A stretch of 45,764 bases of DNA from a virus. Every line of letters starts with the position of its first letter. Positions within the stretch are counted from its first letter, which is position 1. Location: IMG/VR virus record IMGVR_UViG_3300006052_000013. One strand, 5' to 3'. Below are positions 41,591-45,764 of the stretch, one piece after another. A program made the position numbers and the translations under genes. The notes below the pieces were generated by a model. It had not been told where the DNA came from. It saw nothing but the letters and a program-made list of their open reading frames with translations, and did no database searches.

Positions 41591-41888
41591 TTGCTTTTTT
41601 GAGCTTGGCCCGGATTGCCCCGGTATCCACCCCATCCAACAGTTCCTCGACGGCCTGCGCCCATTCCAAAACATCCTCGGCCAGGTTATAAGCCCGTTTG
41701 TTTTTCGGGGACAGTGCCTCGGGATCATTGTCCAGGGCCGTGGTCTGGTCCTCGGCAATGATACTGAGACTCATCGCCTCACCATGGGCGACTTCGACCG
41801 CATTGATAACCTTTGCCAATTGCGCCTCGATCTTTTGACGAAAGAGACGTTCCGGAAGTACAATCAACTTTTTTCTTTTGTAAGTCAT
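41577..41888 (-). CDS. hypothetical protein (103 aa)
   Basis: Start reset to MTYKRKKL after CCAAGGAGAGGAACAAA; the C-terminus ..TRAA reads into the truncated JH. Confidence 0.5.
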   Translation of the reverse strand: MTYKRKKLIVLPERLFRQKIEAQLAKVINAVEVAHGEAMSLSIIAEDQTTALDNDPEALSPKNKRAYNLAEDVLEWAQAVEELLDGVDTGAIRAKLKKATRAA

Positions 41889-41976
41889 TTTGTTCCTCTC
41901 CTTGGTAAGTGACGGATCGACGTCATCCTTGCAACTGGCCGTTCGAAGGGGACTCAACAAACACACACCCTTACTA

Positions 41977-42003
41977 GGCGCGGGCGAGTGGAATCGAACC
42001 GAC
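41977..42003 (-). other. tRNA 3'-end-like fragment (T-loop plus acceptor 3' strand) inside a 5' UTR
   Basis: RNA sense GGUUCGAUUCCACUCGCCCGCGCC; no matching 5' half, D arm or anticodon arm. Confidence 0.3.
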
Positions 42004-42009
42004 CCGTCA

Positions 42010-42035
42010 CTTACCGCCCGACCGGGCGGCCCTCG
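42010..42035 (-). repeat. JH motif copy 32
   Basis: CGAGGGCCGCCCGGUCGGGCGGUAAG; abuts a UAA. Confidence 0.8.
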
Positions 42036-42239
42036 TTAGTGTTCCAACTCCACCAAACCAACCTCATCATCAACGCAGGTTTCATGACCCTGTTTCCACA
42101 GTTCCTCGGCCAACAATAGAACCTCTCCCCGATTTTGGAAGTTCTTTTTGGTATATTTCACGATCTGCGGAGACAGGCAATCAACATCCGTTGTGAATTT
42201 AATTCGCCCACCTTTTTCCTGTCCTATGTGATATATCAT
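42036..42239 (-). CDS. small hypothetical protein (67 aa)
   Basis: Start reset to MIYHIGQEKGG after AAAGAGAGGAACA. Confidence 0.5.
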   Translation of the reverse strand: MIYHIGQEKGGRIKFTTDVDCLSPQIVKYTKKNFQNRGEVLLLAEELWKQGHETCVDDEVGLVELEH

Positions 42240-42334
42240 TGTTCCTCTCTTTTTGAAGTACCGGGCCGCACGCGCTCGGAGTCTCGTCATGGACTACTCA
42301 ACCATGATCTTGTCGTCTTGGGTGAGACCCGGTA

Positions 42335-42360
42335 CTTACCGCCTTCTCAGGCGGCCCTCG
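42335..42360 (-). repeat. JH motif copy 33
   Basis: CGAGGGCCGCCUGAGAAGGCGGUAAG; the upstream ORF stop UGA lies in the loop. Confidence 0.8.
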
Positions 42361-42637
42361 TAAGGTTCTGGTAAAGTGATTTCAGGTCTTTGCCCCCACC
42401 CAAATCGCGGTAGGGCACGGTATAGTCACCAAACGGTTCACGGGTGAACCGCTTCCGTTCCCACACCTGAAAGTCTTCGGCGACGAACAGGAATTCCAAC
42501 GGATCAGACCGCCGCCGGAGTATCCAGGTATCATCGACGATTCGCAAAATCGGTCTCATATAAATAGACCAACCCTGTTCTTTCAGATCGAGCAACAACT
42601 TGGTGAATTCTTTGCTTTGTTCGTGGTTCTTTTTCAT
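42347..42637 (-). CDS. hypothetical protein (96 aa)
   Basis: Start reset to MKKNHEQSK after AUGGAGAGAAAACA. Confidence 0.5.
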   Translation of the reverse strand: MKKNHEQSKEFTKLLLDLKEQGWSIYMRPILRIVDDTWILRRRSDPLEFLFVAEDFQVWERKRFTREPFGDYTVPYRDLGGGKDLKSLYQNLTRAA

Positions 42638-42652
42638 TGTTTTCTCTCCATA

Positions 42653-42678
42653 CTTACCACCCCGTGGGGTGGCCCTCG
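42653..42678 (-). repeat. JH motif copy 34
   Basis: CGAGGGCCACCCCACGGGGUGGUAAG; abuts a UGA. Confidence 0.8.
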
Positions 42679-42942
42679 TCAACCAATATCGTTATTGAAC
42701 CAGTTAGTAGTGTCCTGGTCTTTTTGGTGAAGTTCAGGAAATGCGTCGACCAGTTTGTCGGCGATGTTTTCGGCGACGTGATGACTCTCACTGGCCACGG
42801 CCGTGTATTCCCGTTCATAATCGGTACTGCCCGGCCCGACGTACTCCCAGGTTCCTTTGTTGGTCTTTTCGAACGTCTGGGCCTCTACTCGTACGGTCGT
42901 GACATAGACGGTGCGTTGTTCTTTTTGCAAAGTTCTTGCCAT
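42679..42942 (-). CDS. hypothetical protein (87 aa)
   Basis: Start reset to MARTLQKEQ after AGGAGAGGAAU. Confidence 0.5.
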   Translation of the reverse strand: MARTLQKEQRTVYVTTVRVEAQTFEKTNKGTWEYVGPGSTDYEREYTAVASESHHVAENIADKLVDAFPELHQKDQDTTNWFNNDIG

Positions 42943-43006
42943 ATTCCTCTCCTGGTACAGCAACAAGAGATGTAATCTCTTGTTGGGATTTCCTCCCTTA
43001 ACTGTA
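42943..43006 (-). promoter_or_regulatory. Y-shaped 5'-UTR element copy G
   Basis: GUACAGU-UAA-GGGAGGAAAUCCC-A-ACAAGAGAUUACAUCUCUUGU-UGCUGUAC-C-AGGAGAGGAAU-AUG. Confidence 0.6.
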
Positions 43007-43034
43007 CTTACCGCGGAGTGATCCGCGGCCCTCG
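43007..43034 (-). repeat. JH motif copy 35
   Basis: CGAGGGCCGCGGAUCACUCCGCGGUAAG. Confidence 0.8.
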
Positions 43035-43035
43035 T

Positions 43036-43443
43036 TCAGGCAATCTTTTTCATATCCGTGAAGTAAACCTCACGGATACCGTCATGGTCATCCGCATCCC
43101 AGAACTCTTTATCAAGTTCTACGATGAACATTCCCCCACGTTCCGCCTCGACGATCTTGCCGACCTGCCGTGGATTATATTCATCCGCGGACAGTTCGAC
43201 TCGATCACCCTCTTTAAAGCCGCCGTAACTTGGCACGGTGGCCTCAACCGGGGGTGTCTTGGGTTTGGGAACGTACTCTTTCCTCAGCTTCATCGCCGAC
43301 CGAATCCGAACGCCGCGGTTGGTCCGAAGATTGGTTCCATTCCAACCTCCGTAGGAGGAAACGGAATCCAATCGGACGGGAACCAGTTTGTTACTGACTT
43401 TGACGACGTACGTCTTACCAACTTCTACCTCATTCTTTTTCAT
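43036..43443 (-). CDS. hypothetical protein (135 aa)
   Basis: ATG after CAAGGAGAGGAACA. Confidence 0.6.
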   Translation of the reverse strand: MKKNEVEVGKTYVVKVSNKLVPVRLDSVSSYGGWNGTNLRTNRGVRIRSAMKLRKEYVPKPKTPPVEATVPSYGGFKEGDRVELSADEYNPRQVGKIVEAERGGMFIVELDKEFWDADDHDGIREVYFTDMKKIA

Positions 43444-43675
43444 TGTTCCTCTCCTTGAAATCCGAAATCACGCCGCGCGGGGAGGGATGGTTAGTTCCGG
43501 GGTCCAGTTGGCCTGGGCGCGGTTAGTTGGCTGATGTTCCGAACCGGGTGGTTGAAAAGGTGATTAACTAGTACTCACCTTTTGACCATCTCGGCCCACT
43601 TAGGCAACGTTGGCCCTGACGGCGAATGGGAAAGACCAGGATAACTCATACATCCCCGCCCGATGTAATCTCGGA

Positions 43676-43703
43676 CTTACCACCTCAGATGAGGTGGCCC
43701 TCG
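43676..43703 (-). repeat. JH motif copy 36
   Basis: CGAGGGCCACCUCAUCUGAGGUGGUAAG; abuts a UAA. Confidence 0.8.
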
Positions 43704-43976
43704 TTAATCAACAACCCAACCATCTTTCACGATGTCCTCGAAACTGCGATAGGCCAACTGTTCCGCGTCCCTTAGATTTTTCAGGGCCTCCGTGTCAAAC
43801 ACATTGACTATGAAAAGAGTGAAGGGAAATTCTTTTGACTCCGCCAGGACGGCATAATCAGGCTTCTGTCCATTACGCCGGACCAGGGGCAGAAAAGGCC
43901 AACGTGGCCAGGAGTTCGGGTCTTTCAGGAAGTTCATCGTGATTTCTTCGAGACTAACCTTAACCAGTTTTTTCAT
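43704..43976 (-). CDS. hypothetical protein (90 aa), first ORF of the array
   Basis: Start reset to MKKLVKVS after CAAGGAGAGGAACACA. Confidence 0.55.
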   Translation of the reverse strand: MKKLVKVSLEEITMNFLKDPNSWPRWPFLPLVRRNGQKPDYAVLAESKEFPFTLFIVNVFDTEALKNLRDAEQLAYRSFEDIVKDGWVVD

Positions 43977-45265
43977 TGTGTTCCTCTCCTTGTTCCCGGT
44001 GCTCTTATCCAGGCTTGGGACTGGCGTGGCTTGGTATGGCAATCTGAGAGGTTTTATTCTCAGATTGGATTTTCCGCCCCACGGCGCATTAACGACTGTA
44101 TTCAGGAGGAGAGTCCCTACTAACAGTCGCCCCTCTGCATGACCTTACGGTCATACACAGCGATTACCATCGGGAGGAGAGTCCCTTGGTAATCTATGGA
44201 CTATACAATTGTCTCAGTAATCTTGGAAACCATCCCAACTCCGATATAAATTGTGCACCGGAGTTATTTAGGCATTCTGTTCCAAAAGGTTTCATCTTTC
44301 TAGTTGATCCGGGGCGCATAACGCCGCTCAACTGTTTGGGAATGTACCGTCCGCGATGGGCACTCTGACATTCTTACTTGGGTCGTAGATCGTTGACAAC
44401 CGTCCGTCTTTCGGTTCGCTTTTCGTGGGGTTTAGCAACCAGTCTAACTGGGATCACCACTTTAAGAACCAGGTTTATCGAAACACCTGATTCTCGCGAC
44501 TCCTACTCGCAAGGCCCTCTGTGTCAATAGATTCTCCCGATTGCCGGGAGTTTGAACCTAGATTTTGCCACTACTCTTTATAACCTACATGCTCAGGACT
44601 TGGGACCTGATTCGGTCGTAGTGGACTTCACGCCTGGCTTTATCGCATTTCGCTTATTCCGGCGTGACCAGATAAAATCGGTACGTCCTATCCGGCGGTC
44701 AGAATACTAATCGCGCCATCCGGGACTTCCCGAAGACCGTGAGGTACGACCTGTGAACTCCACTGTGGGGTTTGGCCCACGCCTTAAATCTTCTAAAGCC
44801 AACTGGGATGTCAACATATTCTTACCTCCCGCCCGCCGTTGGAACCGTTCCAAACTCTTACGAGTTTTCAATGGACTCTCCGTCCCCGGTAGGGTCTGAG
44901 GTTGGCCCGAGTGTCTCTAATCTCGGATTTTTCTGAAGATTGGCAGATATTACAGTAATCGCCCTTCGTGCTTCTGGATTTCTCTTACGATCTCTGATGA
45001 CGGGAGTTTCCTCGGTCCCAGGGTTTAGATTCTCTCGAATCTCACGGGTGTCCGTCAAGTAGAGGTTTAATCGGCCGTTCATTCTGAGAAGGTACTCAGT
45101 TTTTCCCTATTCCCTTTTCCCAGACCGTCCCGTGACAGGCGCTTTGCTGGGTACTCGGACTCAGTTCCGAACTACCGAATCTAGATTTCAATGATCCACA
45201 AGGTCACCAGGTAGGGCTCCTATTGGTCTTCCCTGGTGCCTTAACCATAATCCGTTAGATTGGAC
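43977..45265 (-). ncRNA. candidate large structured non-coding RNA or long leader (~1.3 kb, ORF-free)
   Basis: No SD-preceded ORF in any frame. Dense hairpins, several with GNRA loops, and G-U pairs that work only in the minus sense. Starts just downstream of the promoter at 45272-45300. Confidence 0.35.
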
Positions 45266-45271
45266 ATATCC

Positions 45272-45300
45272 ATTATAACCTAGTTATGCCTTGATGAAAA
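45272..45300 (-). promoter_or_regulatory. sigma70-type promoter candidate (TTTTCA-17-TATAAT)
   Basis: Minus sense TTTTCA TCAAGGCATAACTAGGT TATAAT in an AT-rich region; a perfect -10 hexamer. Confidence 0.55.
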
Positions 45301-45327
45301 AAAATATTTTTTCACTCATTTTTCAAC

Positions 45328-45343
45328 TGTCTAAATTTAGACA
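45328..45343. promoter_or_regulatory. 16-bp perfect palindrome (operator-like) upstream of the promoter
   Basis: TGTCTAAATTTAGACA, about 30 bp upstream of the -35 hexamer. Confidence 0.45.
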
Positions 45344-45405
45344 CACTGAGATACTAAAAATGGGAAGACAGTCTACGGATTTCGGTAGGATCGGATCGGG
45401 CGGTT

Positions 45406-45609
45406 CTACACTGAGGTAGGGTCGAAAGGCCCGGAGTCTTTAGACCCCACTGGGCCTTCGTATAGTTCCGAGTCTGGACATTGCTTATTGGGGCAATACC
45501 AATGTTCTTCCATGTCTTCATAGATATTATCGCCGAAGACGAGTTCCGTGCCACAGATCACGCAAAGGCCCAGGAACCAACTTCGCAATTTCCAGAATAA
45601 GTCTTTCAT
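45406..45609 (-). CDS. small Zn-ribbon protein
   Basis: CVICG...CPNKQC; ATGA overlap with the upstream partial ORF. Confidence 0.5.
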   Translation of the reverse strand: MKDLFWKLRSWFLGLCVICGTELVFGDNIYEDMEEHWYCPNKQCPDSELYEGPVGSKDSGPFDPTSV

Positions 45610-45764
45610 GATTTCTTCTCCAACATCATCCGCGCCTCTTCCACCGCGCGGTGCAAATCATCCCAATCATCCTCCCCAAATATCATCGTGGCGTTGGCCG
45701 AGAGGTCGACCTCCCGTGGCCCCGGCGCGGTTGCCCCGGCGCGGTTGCCCCGGCGCGGTTGCCC
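45606..45764 (-). CDS. partial ORF running off the right edge (start uncertain)
   Basis: The frame is open from the window edge to a TGA overlapping the next ATG. Its 5' part coincides with a 14-bp tandem repeat, so the true start may be the internal MIFGEDDW. Confidence 0.25.
   Translation of the reverse strand, partial: GQPRRGNRAGATAPGPREVDLSANATMIFGEDDWDDLHRAVEEARMMLEKKS
45721..45764. repeat. 14-bp tandem repeat (3+ copies) truncated by the window edge
   Basis: cccggcgcggttgc occurs 3 times and is followed by cc. Confidence 0.8.

Noticed and set aside
27098-43703. The junction hairpins as a CRISPR array
   Set aside because: The repeats are palindromic and about 28 nt long, but their stems differ in sequence, their spacing is 150-1600 bp, and the spacers are SD-led ORFs. 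No cas genes are present.
27098-43703. The junction hairpins as intrinsic terminators, RNase III sites, or sigma/phage-RNAP promoters
   Set aside because: No U-tract follows the stems. The stems (6-9 bp) are too short for canonical RNase III substrates. The distance between the conserved flanks varies from 15 to 19 nt, which is too loose for -35/-10 elements, and there is no contiguous T7-like promoter block. None of these roles can be fully excluded without transcript mapping.
27098-43703. The array as a classical integron (attC sites, Pc promoter)
   Set aside because: The layout is superficially similar: one upstream promoter and co-oriented cassettes each ending in an imperfect palindrome. 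However, the elements are half the minimum attC length, lack the RYYYAAC/GTTRRRY cores, include the downstream SD, and no intI is visible in the window.
44724-44745. RNase P RNA-like GGGAAGUCCCGG in the ORF-free region
   Set aside because: There is only a loose resemblance to the P4 GGAAAGUCCGGGC block. The other universally conserved RNase P segments (for example ACAGAACCCGGCUUA) are absent.
44858-45082. 74-aa minus ORF (and the 44186..44368 plus ORF) inside the ORF-free region
   Set aside because: Neither has an SD or is coupled to a neighbour. Their composition is typical of random frames, and they overlap predicted RNA helices.

Overview
Phage-like window with essentially all real genes (about 95) on the minus strand. 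I found no rRNA gene, no complete tRNA gene and no CRISPR array, and no capsid, tail, terminase or integrase gene. The long plus-strand ORFs look like antisense shadows. Layout: (i) 1-336 is a decayed IS1595/ISXO2-type transposase remnant. (ii) 0.3-26.8 kb is a tightly packed replication, nucleotide-metabolism and nucleic-acid-repair module with ATGA/GTGA stop-start overlaps. It holds a family-A DNA polymerase, prim-pol, SF1 and SNF2 helicases, ThyX, a ThyA-fold enzyme with a cytosine-type Asp, dCMP deaminase, a dNMP kinase fused to a UDG-like domain, MazG-like and HD proteins, two metallophosphoesterases, an RNA ligase, a C5 DNA methyltransferase and an 851-aa major-vault-protein-like protein. 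(iii) 27.1-43.7 kb is an array of about 45 mostly small ORFs: an ECF-like sigma factor, Flp-pilin-like peptides, a KTSC protein, a flavoprotein, Zn ribbons and TM peptides. Almost every intergenic gap carries the same ~28-nt element, a variable-sequence hairpin between conserved flanks, sitting between the upstream stop codon and the downstream Shine-Dalgarno (36 copies). Seven gaps also carry a Y-shaped three-helix element, and others carry clamp-enclosed inserts of 20-230 nt. (iv) 44.0-45.3 kb is a ~1.3 kb ORF-free, hairpin-dense stretch just downstream of a near-consensus sigma70-type promoter with a 16-bp palindrome. The most unusual features are the junction-hairpin array with its flanking structured non-coding RNAs, the vault-protein homologue and the predicted cytosine-modification pathway. 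All calls come from reading the sequence and ORF track by eye; no searches were run.
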